A stretch of 64,000 nt of DNA from Chiloscyllium plagiosum (Eukaryota): NCBI RefSeq assembly GCF_004010195.1, contig NC_057719.1, positions 43,268,679 through 43,332,678 of the forward strand. Direction: 5' to 3'. Made by a program: the position numbers and the translations under genes. Position 1 is the stretch's first letter, and each line of letters begins with the position of its first letter. Under the pieces are notes generated by a model. It saw only the letters and a list, made by a program, of their open reading frames with translations. It made no database searches and was not told the DNA's origin. Of the stretch, positions 37,725 to 50,692 are shown in pieces.

Positions 37725-38010
37725 CTGGTTCCAATTTGTATGCATTCTACCAGGAAGTGTAATTGAGAAGCAGTTTTAATTACAGAAATTCTTACAGCTC
37801 TATTTTAAGACCGCTCAATCTGGTAAACTGCAATTTTTCACTTCTGGACATAAACTGGCAAATGTACTTCAACTTTAACTGGTCCTCTCATTGTTTTAAA
37901 GAACTGTATCATATTTCATCCAAGTTTTTCGCTCCAGTGTAAAAAGTGGAGTTAAGTCACTTGAGCTATTCCTCATATCCCAGTCCTTCAAATATCTGGG
38001 TTCAGCTTGG
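37725..38010 (-). mobile_element. Very old CR1 3' fragment
   Basis: Minus strand 'LKDWDMR/..FTLERK..YDTVL' resembles the CR1 'LSYEERL..LFSLERRRLRGD' region. Confidence 0.4.
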
Positions 38011-39229
38011 TTAGTCTATAAATATCACAAACTGTCTCGCTATTATGACTATACACAATTATGGTTACAGCAAACAAACCATATGAACAGCTGCAGTTGC
38101 AGCCAGCAAGTTCTACTGTTAACCAGCCTACAGTGGTTTTAAGTTAAATCTGTCACAAATATTTTAGTTGAGTCCCCTCATCATTTTAAACTTCCCATTC
38201 TACACGCCCTATAAAATCAGAAATATGATTCGCTGTTTTCAGGTTCTGAAGAAAACTCATATATCGCGTTGCACAATGCCTCAAATAAAACTAACATTAT
38301 CCCCTTTCTGGCAGCAGAAACTCCAATCTGTAGTTAAAGGGCACCTTTGGGATGATCTAATGTCCAATGGTAGAATTATAAATCACTGTGAATAATGTAA
38401 ATTGCAGATGACTGCTGTCAGAGATCCTTTCATATCTCTTTATGAACATGTGGGTTGAGATTGAATCATAGATGTTAATGGATGGTGATACATCATGAAT
38501 CACCCAAGCACCATCAAAATTAGCAACATATCCCGTCTTTTTAGTTCGCAAGATGTATCTGAAGTAAAATGGTATTATTTCAATGGACAAGATTTTTTTT
38601 TAAACTTAAAAATTCATTAATAAAGAACTGAAATGACCAACAGGATGAAAGCTTCCCATGTCAGCTGTTTGGGCAAGTACCCTCTGAAATCTGTTCGGCT
38701 GTTTAAATTCAGCTCCTATGTGATCCAACAAAGAAAATCTATCTATATTTCAGGACTAACTTTCAGCATTCAGATAAAGGCTTTAAAATGATTCATGCAT
38801 GAATCAGAATGTATAATATTGGTGCAATGGTTGAAGTTCTTTCAATATTGAGGCTGAGGGAGCTTTCTGCTGCTCAAAACATACCCGAATGGGAGAGCTC
38901 AATACTGGAGCTGACTGCTTGAAATGCTCTATCATCCACCATTACATACTCTCCATCTGACTGATAACCAAAAACTAAAATGTCTATACATTTTAAGTGA
39001 GCTGTTGATGAGGCATTTTGATGAATAAATAACCGTCTATTCATTTTACAATTCAAAATGCACCCTATGGATAATAGATAGAATTCCACAATGCCTCAGT
39101 TTAGTTGAGAAAACAACAATTGCATTTATACATCACCTATAATGTCGACTTTGAAATGTTAACAAGTTTTTTTCTTGAAAGATGTGGAGCTTTTCCAACA
39201 TTTTCAGCTTTTATTTTCCCTGAAGGTGC

Positions 39230-39720
39230 TTCACAGGATCATATAGAAACAGTTGGTACCAAGCTACAGGAGATATTTGGGCAAATAGCCAAAAACGTAG
39301 TTAAAGAAATAACTTTTAAGGACATCTTAAAGGAGGAAAGTGAGGTGGAGAGGAGGGAAGGTGAGGCCTAGAGAGGAATTTCTAGGCATTTGAAGACACA
39401 GCCATCAATGATGGAGTGATTCAATTCAGGGATGTTCAAGAGGTTATATTTAGATGAGTGCAGGTAACCCAGAGAATTATAGGATTGGAGGAGATCACAG
39501 AGATATGGAAGAATGAGGAGATGAATGGATCTAAAAACAAGAATGAGAATTTTGAATTCAAAATGTTACTTAACCAGAAGCCAGAGTACGAACTGATGGA
39601 TGAATGGAATGTGGCAGGAATAAAGATATGGACAGCAAAGTCTTTAATGAGTTTAAATCCATAGAGGATTAAATGTGGATGGCAGTCAAGATTCTCAAAA
39701 TAATGGATACAGCAGCAGGT
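39230..39720 (-). mobile_element. Old L2-like LINE fragment
   Basis: Purine-rich pattern (TTTTAAGGACATCTTAAAGGAGGAAAGTGAGGTGGAGAGG) typical of antisense L2 3' regions. A similar stretch lies at 46620-46900. Confidence 0.45.
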
Positions 39721-40081
39721 GAACTGAAATAGTTAAAGATGAACGATAGGCAGTTAGTTGTTTCATTTTCTGCACAATTACTTTCTGAGGAATCACTAAC
39801 TTACGTTCCACTTTTCAGTGGGACTTGAGAGTGGCATTGGTGATTTTTCAAGACTGAATAATTTAACCAACTTGATTGTAGAACTGAGTTGGATGCAACA
39901 GAGACACCTCAAAGTATATATCATGAGCTTATTTATCAAAAATTGAATCTACATTCAAGTTACATTCTGTTGACAGTCCTTACTAATTAAGTGCTGCAAT
40001 TGCACAACATTTTCATGTAATCAATCATTCAACCCAAGAAAGCAGAGAGATAATAAATGGAGTATTTGGTGAAACTTACCA

Positions 40082-40208
40082 ATGTGAAGGGTCCTGACCA
40101 AAACGTCGACTCTCTGCTCTTCTGATGCTGCTTGACCTTCTGTGCTTTTTCCAGCTCCACATTTTATCGACTCTGACTTTCTACCATTTGCAGGCTTCAC
40201 TATCTCCA
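40082..40208 (+). mobile_element. Older PLE terminus with degenerate HHR
   Basis: TGAAGGGTCCTGACCAAAACGTCGA followed by GATGCTGCTTGACCTTCTGTGCTTTTTCCAGC. Confidence 0.7.
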
Positions 40209-40479
40209 GGATCCTCAATATGCAAGGATAGGATCTGATCCAAGAAATAATACCTTCAAAAAATAAAATGCTTCTAATTCTGGCAGAAACTTTTTACTGT
40301 ACCTATAACCAGTTTTTGAAATTTGCCGTATATGCTTCCTAATCAACAGCAGCATAAGACTTAATGATCTTGTGAAAAATTACATGCAACATACAGGCAA
40401 TTTTCCTGGATTAATACTCAAGAATTGATTAATGAAGTTAAGGATCCTTCATATTGTACAGCAGAAAACAAAGTGGATT

Positions 40480-40810
40480 TCTCTCCAGGTGGGACAGTCT
40501 TAAACAAGAGAGCATAGAGTGAGAGAAGATAGTTCAAAACTGAGATGAGGAGAAATTACTTCTCTCAGAGGGTTGTGAATCTGTGGAACTCACTGCCCCA
40601 GACTGCATTCGAGGCAGAATCAATCCCTAGATTCAGGAAAGAAGTGGATATGTTTCTGATGAAAAGCAGGAAAAAGGGTTATGGGGAACAGGCAGGAAAG
40701 TGATGTTGAGAGCAGGATAAGATCAGCCATTATCATATTAAATGGTGGAGCATGCTTGAAGGGCTGAATTGCCTACTCCCACTCCTAATTCCCTTGTGCC
40801 TGTGTATGTA
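40480..40810 (+). mobile_element. CR1 LINE 3' end
   Basis: GAGATGAGGAGAAATTACTTCTCTCAGAGGGTTGTGAATCTGTGGAACTCACTGCC ('EMRRNYFSQRVVNLWNSLP'). Confidence 0.8.
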
Positions 40811-41899
40811 CTACGTCCCAACCTAACTTTTCAATATTTGCTCCCAGAAGCAAACACAGGAAAATTATATTTCTGTTGTCAGAAATATTGCGATTGCGTA
40901 GGCCTCATTGCTCAAATCATAACATTTTCAGAAGACAACAGCTTGAATGTATTACAGTACTTCCAAGAAGAAAGGAAAATAATGATTAATGGCAGGTCTT
41001 GCCAAGCATAAAGTTGCTGAACAAGTCACTTTCAGGCCCTGAGCCAACATTTCCAGATGCTGAATTAACTTTCAACCAGAGACTCTGTTTATTTCTGTAG
41101 AAGATGTAAGTTTCAATGTACACACCTGTTTCAAGTACTGTGGCATGAGAAATGATCTCACTGTTAATACAACTTCTACAAGTTTTAGACAAGAAACATC
41201 TATCACTTGGTACAAACATTTTACAAAATATTAAGGCTATAATGTAGCTAAGTAGTCCTCATACATGAAAAAGTGTGAATGTATTTTATGCATTTATTGA
41301 ATACATAAATTCTGCACTATACATGGTAATTTATTTTAATCACAACGGGCATCACTTTGCTTTCGAGACTATCAACCTTTTACATATCTTGAAGGTCACC
41401 ACTTCACATCAAGTATGGAGCAAGGCTGGGGGAGGCCAAATTAAACCATGACAGCTGGTATAGGTGCTCTTGGTATCAATCTGCATCATACTCTAACCAT
41501 CTGAGCGATCTGACCCATAGTACATGATATTCATGCTAATAGTAAGGAGTTTCCTTTTTGTTGTAGGATACTATGAAAAAAAATCAAATCAGACATCAAT
41601 ATTGAACCAGACTTGCTAAATCAGTTTGAAAAAGATTTCACCACATCTTGTATTAACTCACTGGTAAGATATACAGTTCTTGTGGAGCTTAGTGCAGTTG
41701 ACTTGCAATGATAAATGCAGTAATTTAATAATTTCACGGATCAGAATTCAGGACGAATGGTAAAATATATGTTTTTAAAACATGAAAGGCAAGCTATTCA
41801 TAGAGCTGCCATATAGCAATACCTTTCATTTGACCATATAAAAAACAAAGGAATACCACTATGACATATAACAATAAATTGCATTAACTTCTATCCGGT

Positions 41900-42036
41900 T
41901 TACTAAGGTTTTTCCTGGTCTGGCCTCTGTGTAACCTCAGGCCAACAGTAATGTGATTGATTCTTAACTGACCTCTGTGCAATAAATTCTTGTCGCACCA
42001 GACACGTCCTCGTCTCATGAATGAATGAGAAAAAAC
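41900..42036 (+). mobile_element. Family-B SINE 3' fragment
   Basis: CCTGGTCTGGCCTCTGTGTAACCTCAGGCCAACAGTAATGTG matches 2251-2300. Confidence 0.6.
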
Positions 42037-42142
42037 ATTTTTGAAATAGAACAACATTCATAGAGGCATATGTCAATGGTAGACAAAATGAAGAGTTCAT
42101 AGAATGACTTCTAATTTCTATAGCTGCACATTCTAGAATCCA

Positions 42143-42472
42143 ATGGTTAGCAGAGCTGCCTCACAGTGCCAGGGATCCGTGTTCGATTCCGGCCTTGGCC
42201 AACTGTCTGTGTGGCGTTTGCACATTCTCCCCTTGTATGCATGGGTTTCCTCCAGATGCTCCAGTTTCCTCCCACAATCCAAAGATGTGCCGGTTAGGTG
42301 AATTGGCCAAACTGAATTGCCCATAGTGTTCAGGGATGTGTTAGTTAGGTGCATTAGTCAGGGGTAAATGTAGAGGTAAAGGGTAGTGGAATGGGTCTGG
42401 ATGAGTTACTCTTCGGAGAGTTGGTGTGGACTTGTTGGGCCGGAGGGCCTGTTCCACACTGTAGGGATTCTA
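42143..42472 (+). mobile_element. HE1-type V-SINE
   Basis: B box GTTCGATTCC, V-domain, and HER1-like tail GGGCCGGAGGGCCTGTTCCACACTGTAGGGATTCTA. Confidence 0.9.
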
Positions 42473-42489
42473 ACCAGAGAACAGATTAT

Positions 42490-43672
42490 ACCGAATTGTT
42501 TTATGTAATGTGACAGGATTAATTAATAATCTCAGTGGAAATGTTCCTCTAGGTAGCAACAGCCACAATATGATTGAATGTTACACCTGATCTGTAAGGA
42601 AGGTAAGTGGGTCTAATACTAATAAGGGCAACTATTTAGTGTGGAAGCTGAGCTACCTGAAGTGGACTCAGATACAAGGCGAGGGGACAGATCAATAGAG
42701 AAACAGGAGCAGACAGTAAAGGGGTGATTTCAGATTACTCAGTTTAAGAACGTTCCTGCTATAAAAATAGTTTCTAAGCAGAGGACTCACTATCTGATTA
42801 ACTGAAGATGATAAATGAAGCATCAAATTCAATGAAAAAACATATAAATGAATGCCACATTATTCGACAGAATATAAAGAACAGAACAGAATGACTAATA
42901 AAAAAGGAGAAATAACCTTGGGAATGTAGATTATTTAGAGCATTTATTTATTGTTTAGAGTATTCAGAATCCCAAAGTACAAAGTTGCTAGGGGTTTTAG
43001 TTCATGAGCCAGGAAACAACAGTATGCTGCTACAGCAAGTCAATAACAAGGCTAATAGGATGCTATCATTTATTGTGACAGAACTTCAATATAAAAGTAA
43101 AGATTTATACAGTTATGCTTCAGCTATACAGAGCATTAGAGAGATCACATCTTGAATGCTCTGTGCAGTCTTGGTCTGCTTATTTAAGGCAAGATGTAAA
43201 TGTGTTTACTGGGCTGATGCCCTAGAATGAGTGAGGAGAGGTTGGACAGACTGGGATTGTTTCTGATGGATTTTAGAAGATTCAGGGATTACTTGATTAA
43301 TGTACAAGATCCTGAACTGTTTTGACACTGTGGACATAGAACAAATATCTCCTCTTGTGGGTGAATCTACATCCAGGGAATACTGTTTACTAATTACAGC
43401 TCACTTTTTCATGACAGAGATGAGGCAAATTTGTTTATCTCACTGGGTTATACAACTTTGGAACTTGGCGCCTCAAAAGGCGGTGGAAGAAGGGTCGTTT
43501 AATATTTTTAAGCTGGAGATAGATAGAATCTTGGTAAGGCAAGAGAATGAAAAGTTATTTGGGGTAGATGTGGAATTTGAAGCACAAACAAATCAACTGT
43601 ATTTGTTGAGTGGTGTGGCAGGATCGAGGGCCCAAATGCCCTATTTATGCTCCTAATTCATAGGTTGATATG
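42490..43672 (+). mobile_element. Old CR1 LINE, internally deleted
   Basis: 'SHNMIE', 'HLECSVQSW' and ORF 43300-43656 ('EMRQICLSHWVIQLWNLAPQKAVE'). Confidence 0.75.
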
Positions 43673-43693
43673 TTCATGTAAATTAATAAAGAG

Positions 43694-43822
43694 TCCTGTT
43701 GAAAGATTCTGACCTGAAATGTCAACTCCCCTTCTCCACTGATGCTGCCTGATTTGCTGTGCTTTTTCCAGCTCCACTCTATCTACTTTGACTCTCCAGC
43801 ATCTGCAGTTCTCACCATCTCC
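43694..43822 (+). mobile_element. Older PLE terminus with degenerate HHR
   Basis: CTGTTGAAAGATTCTGACCTGAAATGTC followed by GATGCTGCCTGATTTGCTGTGCTTTTTCCAGC...CCAGCATCTGCAG. Confidence 0.7.
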
Positions 43823-44016
43823 ATGTTCTAGAAATAAAAGCTGGATACTGAAGCAAAAATACAAATATAGAGGAATTTAAGTTGCAAGGTTAGGTTGGAG
43901 AAGCTGAGATTTCTCCCCTTAGTAACTGAAGGGAGAGATAATAGAGGTATATAACATTATAACAGATTTGGATAAGATCCACGGAGAAAAGATGTTCCCA
44001 CTAGTGTTATAAAGAG

Positions 44017-44549
44017 TTGCAAATCTGGTCTCCTTCCTATCGGAAGGATGTTGTGGAACTTGAGAGGGTTCAGGAAAAATTTACAAGATGTTGCCAGGGT
44101 TGGAAGGTTTGAGCTACAGGGAGAGGTTGAGTTAGTTGGGGCTGTTTTCCCTGGAGAGTTGGAGGCTGAGGAGTGACCTTATAGAGGTTTATAAAATCAT
44201 GAGGGGCATGGATAACATAAATAGAGAAAGTATTTTCCCTGGGGTGGGGAGAGTCCAGAATTAGAGGGCATAGATTTAGGGTGAGAGGGGAAGGATATAA
44301 AAGGGACCTAAGGGGCACCTTATTCACAGAGAGGGTAGTACATGTATGGAATAAGTTGCCAGAGGAAATGGTGGAGGCTGGTACAATAGCAACATTTAAA
44401 AGGCATTTGGATGGGTATATGAATAGGAAGGGTTTGGAGGAATATGGGCTGGGTGTTGGCAGGTGGGACTAGATCGGGTTGGGATATCTGGTCGGCATAG
44501 ATGGGTTGGACCGAAGGGTCTGTTTCCATGCTGTACATCTCTATGACTT
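44017..44549 (+). mobile_element. HER1-like CR1 3' end nested in an older CR1 (43870-44005, 44550-44830)
   Basis: 'RDLRGTLFTERVVHVWNKLPEE' with tail CATCTCTATGACT. The flanks continue an older CR1 3' region. Confidence 0.88.
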
Positions 44550-45928
44550 GAGAGCACAAATTTAAGATTTCAGCAAAAGGTGGAAGGAATTATGAGGAAG
44601 GACCTTTTCACACAACAAGTGGCAAGACTTGGAACTCGTTGCTTCTGAGGGTAGTAGAAGCAGACAGTAAAGATTTCAATAGGAAATTGGATAGGCACTT
44701 AGAGAGCAACAGGGGTAGAGCTGGCAAATGGGTCTGACTGGGTTGATACTGTCTGACCTGCTGTGCTTTTCCAGCACCACTCTAATCTAGACTGCTCTCT
44801 TGAGGAGTTAAAATGGCCTCCTTCTGTGTCATAATTATTCTATTCTAGGAGTGACAATAAGCTTGATCAACCAGGCAAGCCTTATGGCAAGGCTTCTCAA
44901 ACCATGGGCCAAAACCTCAAGAAAATATTTTGTGGTTGCATTTCCAAGATAGGAATGGCGTCTGTGGAGAGGATACTCTGCTTTGGGACCAGCTCTGAGA
45001 TGCTCTGATGCACACACCCAATTTCTCTTCCTCCTTTGCAGTTCACTGAAGGGAGTGATCATGTTTCCCACAGTGACCTCAATGGAAATGCTGCTTGGAG
45101 GAACAGTAAATGGGGAGGGATGATATGTTACAATGGAGGATTGTGATGAGAGGGTGGGACTCTTTCCAGACTGCTGGGGAGCCACTGCATGTGTAAAACT
45201 TGCAAACATTTCATTGACATGGTGCTTCTTGAATCTGCAGCAGACCAGACTGACAGTATTGTGACAATTATTCACGGAGCTTCCACCTCCAGGAAAGAGC
45301 CTTCTGACACCGTTGCAAGTGAAAAACAAGAAGCTAGGAAACATGTTGGGAAATAAAATGATGCTTTGCTTGGGTCCAAACTTTTAGTAATGTCAGCCTG
45401 AAAAGAGGGATATGCCCACAACTGAAATTGAACAGCTTATTGAAATTTCATGTGATCGATTGTTACAAAAGTTCCAGAGTTTCTCTGACAGAATTCTGAT
45501 TTGGTATAAAGCAATCTTAACATTGCACTGCCCACATTGCAAGTGCTGGCTTCTTTTGCCAGTTAAGTATGTGAGTGAAGTATGATTTAGCACATTGGGT
45601 CTGCATCAAATCTTGATATTTGAGAAGCCTTGATATTACTTTGGAGGCTAGATGTGCATCGTCAGATTTTAAGGACTTTGTCACAACATGCACGTGCATG
45701 GCTCTCATTAAGGTGGGCACAGTGCGCTTTAAAAGTATAGCACGAGAAGTTGTTATCCTGCTGTTTTTGTTTTATTTTGGAGTTTAAACAACAAAATAAC
45801 AAAGCATCGTTCTGTTTTACCTTGTTTTGGCATCACACCTCACCCCATACAAAAACGCTGAAGACCTGTTCCCTACAATGCTCAAAAGAATTGGAGTCAA
45901 ACCAGGGTTGAGGTAATAAAATGGGAGC

Positions 45929-46094
45929 TGGAAATGTGTTGCTGGAAAAGCGCAGCAGGTCAGGCAGCATCCAGGGAACAGGAGAATCGACGTTTCGGGC
46001 ATAAGCCCTTCTTCAGGAATGAGGGCCTGCTGCGCTTTTCCAGCAACACATTTCCAGCTCTGATCTCCAGCATCTGCAGACCTTACTTTCTCCC
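45929..46094. mobile_element. 166-bp PLE-derived insertion (inverted arm plus direct tail) with 16-bp TSD
   Basis: GTAATAAAATGGGAGC at 45913-45928 and 46095-46110. Perfect 35-bp inverted repeat at 45925-45959 and 46026-46060. Confidence 0.93.
45989..46016 (-). ncRNA. Minimal type-I hammerhead ribozyme core, intact
   Basis: CTGAAGA-A-GGGC-TTAT-GCCC-GAAAC-GTC on the minus strand. Confidence 0.88.
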
Positions 46095-47549
46095 GTAATA
46101 AAATGGGAGCACAGCAGGAAAGGGGTCAAAGCACTGTGCTACAAAGTAGTAAAAATCATCAATATACAGCTTGATAATCCGATTTGAATACTAAGATCTT
46201 TCATGAACTATCATTTTTACAAAGAAACATGGACCTAAAATGGCTACAGTGGTCACCTCACCACAGATTTAGGCAAGTTTTGTGAAACCAATAGAAGCTA
46301 AACACCATCTGAGCCAAAATTTGCATGCTCAAGAGCCAGTGGAACTCTGATCTGCATTGCTTGTTTTAATTCACATTTGTATGATAAATTTACATGCTGG
46401 GAGACGAAAGGTTGTCTGCAGATTATCCAATTTAACAAACAAACAGAAATGTAGAAAATGAGAGAAAAATAGTCCATTCAGCCCATCAAATCCACTCTGA
46501 CATTCAACGTGATCATAGCTGATCTTCTATCTCAGTGCTATATACCTCTTGACATCTTTAGGTGCTAGAAATTGAAATATTTCTTAAATATATTCAGTGA
46601 CTTCATTCTTCTCATGCTCATTACAAGTGCTTTAAGTCGATTTTTAAAGGATGTGGGGTCAGTGGAGAGACAAAGGGATAGAAAGGGAATTCCACAGTAT
46701 AGGGTTGGAACTAGGATAGAACAAGGAGAGACTGAACTCAGAGGAATGGAGAGTTTGCTCAATGAGTTTGTGGGTCTTTGTAGGCTACCACTGCAGGGAA
46801 GCATGAGTTCATAAAGAACCTAAACCTAAAAGGGAATCAGAGATTTAAATTTACAACATTGTGAGATCATGAGCAATGTAGTCAAGTGAGGGCATGTGTG
46901 ATAGTATCATGCTACCTTGGTTTGATTACAAAATGCTTTTCCAATAGAAAATGGAGTCTCACTTGTTCTTCTGTTGTAAGGCTCTGGAATCTGACAGTTT
47001 CTCAGGTTGGTTTTCTGCACATCCTGCACCTCCTTTTGAACATATGCACAATGGTTCTGGTGGGATTTTCAGACCAGCCCTTCCCCATGACATCATCTCA
47101 CAGTGACAAGGAGCAGTTCACATGGTGGCACCAGGAGCAGGAATTATAGGGATCATCTAGCAGCATTAGGCTAACTTTCATATTTGTCATCATGGTCACC
47201 AAGATATTTGGCATGCTGTCATAAGCGAGCTTTCATTTATTGTTCAACAGAAAACAAAGACTAGTATTTATGTTAGGAACTCAGGAATCCAGAACACTTT
47301 ACAGCCAATTGTGAGAGCAGTCTTGAAGTTTTGGCAACCCAGTTTCCCTGAGTGGTGCTAAAACAGGCATTAGGCCACACATTAGTCCAGGCAAGAGACC
47401 ACATTCCTGTTTCAGGCAGCCACTCTAGGCATCTGAAAAGTCAACTGACTAACATTATTCAAGCATCCTTAGAGACAAGCATCAGGTTATTGAAGTCAAA
47501 CCTTATTAATCCAATGGTTCAGTGATGCTTTTGTTAGAGGTTATATACA

Positions 47550-47810
47550 TCATAAGACATAGGAGCAAAAATTAGGCCATTCAGCCCATCGAGTCTGCTC
47601 CACCATTCAATCATTGCTGGTAAGTTTCTCAATTCCATTCTCCTGCTTTCTCCCCATACTCAAGAACCTAACTATCTCAGCCTTAAATATACTGAATGAC
47701 CTGGCCTCCACAGCCTTCTGTGGCAACGAATTGCATAGATTCACCACTCTTTGGCTGAAGAACTTTCTCCTTATCTCCGTTCTAAAAGATCTTCCCTTTA
47801 CTCTAAAGGT
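47550..47810 (-). mobile_element. CR1 LINE 3' end
   Basis: ORF 47607-47813(-) 'FRTEIRRKFFSQRVVNLCNSLPQKAVEA'. Confidence 0.85.
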
Positions 47811-48761
47811 CACTAATGTTAGTTATAAATTGATATATATTGACAGTTAATGTTTGAAAATGAGGTATACCTTATGATTTTTAAACTAAATCTTTCGATT
47901 TTAATTATTCTTCCAATTTAAGAGATAGTGAGTTTGCACTACTGTTAGTTAGCAGTGTTACTTACTGACTGAGGATATATTGAGAGCTCTGGCAGCAGAA
48001 GGGCTGAGATCAGCATTGAGGCAGGTTGGTATTACAGAGATGAAAATAGACAGTCCTTATGATGGAGAGGATAGAAGGTTAAGTGGCTCCACACATTTGT
48101 TAACATTTCTATTGTTAAAAAGATCCAAACTTAATTCAGATTTGGAATTTCAAACACTACCAAAATACTACATAAGTTATCTAAGATCCATGTCCAATTC
48201 TCTTGCATCTCCCTGTTCAAATCTCTTCAGTCAGTCAGTTTTCTATTCTTTGCAAAGCACTGCAATCTGTTCGCCAAAGTAACAAATTATATCATCTGTG
48301 ACTGTGATCAGGGGGTATTGATTCTTTTCAATGACTCTTGAACCTTTGCTACATTTGACTAGTTTTCCCAAATTATTTCTTCTGTTTCTCAGCTTTTGGG
48401 ATTGCTCAGGTTTAGTTCCATTCTTACCTGACTAATGTAGCCAAAGCATCTCAGCAATTAACACTTTCTCATCTGGAAGACCACATTGCCCCACTCAAGC
48501 ATCTACCTTCAGCCCCTTCCTCATGCTACTTGGCAATACCATCCATGCCAATGAATATGATAGGTTTACAGGGATATAGGTCAAATGCAGGCAAATTCAG
48601 TTTGGGAAGCCTAGTTGGCATGGACAAGTTGCCATTTTACATAAACTTCACCTGATCTAAAACTGTGTCACCTGTAACTTATATCTTACTTAATACCCAC
48701 TCAACCAACATTGCTATCATTGCTGATCTGCATTGGTTCCTGGTTTCCTTCCTATCCATGT

Positions 48762-50327
48762 CTGGTAGATGTAGGGAATGCTAGAAGACTAGAGAACTTG
48801 AGATTTTGTTTAAGAAAAAGAAGGAAGCATATGTCAGGTATGGACAAGATAGATCAAGAGACTCCTTAGAAGAGTATAAAGGCAGTAGAAGTATACTTAA
48901 GAGGGAAATCAGGAAGGCCAAAAAGGGGACATGAGATAGCTTTGGCAAATAGGGCTAAGGAGAATCCAAATGGTTTTTATAAATACATTAAGGACAAAAG
49001 GGTAACTAGAGAGAGAATAGGGCCCCTCAAAGATCAGGAAGGCGGCCTTTGTGTGGAGCCACAGAAAATGGGGGAGATACTAAACGAGTATTTTGCATCA
49101 GTATTTACTATGGAAAAGGATATGGAAGATATAGACTGTAGGGAAATAAATGATGATATCTTGCAAAATGTCCAGATTACAGGGGAGGAAGTGGTGGATG
49201 TCTTGAAATGGTTAAAGGAGGATAAATCCCCAGGACCTGATCAGGTGTACCCGAGAATTCTGTGGGAAGCTAGAGAAATGATTGCTGAGCCACTTGCTGA
49301 GATATTTGTATCATCGACAGTCACAGGTGAGGTGCTGGAAGACTGGAGGTTGGCAAACGTGGTGCCACTGTTTAAGAAGGGCGGTAAAGACAAGCCAGGG
49401 AATGATAGACCGGTGAGCCTGACATCTACAGTAGGCAAGTTGTTGGAGGGAATCCTGAGGGACAAGATTTACATGTATTTGGAAAGGCAAGGACTACTTA
49501 GGGATAGTCAGCATGGCTTTGTGCATGGAATTCGTGTCTCAGAACTTGATTGAGTTTTGTGAAGAGGTAACAAAGAGGATTGACGAGGATAGAATACAAC
49601 GAGATCTTGATCAGATGGGCCAATGGGCTGAGGAGTGGCAGATGGAGTTTAATTTAGATAAATGTGAAGTGTTTCATTTTGGATAAGCAAACCAGAGCAG
49701 GACTTATACACTTAATGGTAAGGTCCTAGGGAGTGTTGATGAACAAAGAGACCTTGGAGTGCGGGCTCATATTTCCGTGAAAGTAGCGTCTCAGGTAGAT
49801 AGGATAGTGAAGGCGGCGTTTGGTATGCTTGCCTTTATTGGTCCGGAATGATAGCAGAATTGCATGCAATATTCCAAAGGTGGCCTAACCAATGTCCTGT
49901 ACAGCTGCGACATGACATCCCAACTCCTATTCTTAATGCTCTGACCAATAAAGGCAAGCATACCAAGCATATAATAAATAGGCAAGGTCTTTTCCCTGGT
50001 TTGGTGGGATGTGGAGAGGTGGGTTTTGGGGAGTCCAGAACTCAGGGCATGGGTTTAGGGTGAGAGGGGAGTAATATAAATGGGACCTAAGGGCAACTTT
50101 TTCATGCAGAGGGTGGTGCGTGTATGGAATGAGCTGCCAAAGGAAGTGGTGGAGGCTAGTACAATTGCAGCATTTAAAAGGCATTTGAATGGGTATACGA
50201 ATAGGAAGGGTTTGGAGGAATATGGGCCAAGTGCTGACAAATGGGACTAGATTTATTTAAGATATCTGGTCGGCATGGATGGGTTAGACTGAAGCATCTG
50301 TTTCCGTGCTGTCCATCTCTATACTCT
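48762..50327 (+). mobile_element. HER1-like CR1 LINE, 5'-truncated, with internal deletion and inversion
   Basis: ORF 48942-49553 'KSPGPDQVYPRIL...RPVSLTS'. The RT core is deleted at ~49590, segment 49855-49966 is inverted, and the 3' tail is present. Confidence 0.93.
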
Positions 50328-50692
50328 AATAGTGATTTTATGTCACAGAATTCCAAATCCACAGTACTTGGACGAGCACGAATTAATAGGCTTTTAGTGA
50401 ACTATCGCTTGTCCTTCAGTCTGTTGAATAATTCACTGTTGTTGAGGAATTTGTATTGTGTTTACTTTCTATCAATGCAACTTGTCTTTGTCTGGCAAAG
50501 AGAGATTTTAACCTCACTGCAAGAAAATACAGCTGCACTGATTGCCCATGTATCATTGCACTGATTGTATGCCAAATAAATCTTGTATAATAAAGCTGCA
50601 AGTCAATAAAGTACTGTAAAAGGTGTATTAAGATTCTTCCTACAATGCATAATTGGCACTAAACATATGGTTGCCATGATCAAAACACATGG

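Noticed and set aside
44835..45700. 169-aa minus-strand ORF, possibly a third Myb/SANT remnant
   Set aside because: Only faint similarity ('IILFP', 'FLEVEA', 'KKHHVNEM') across frames, too weak to call.
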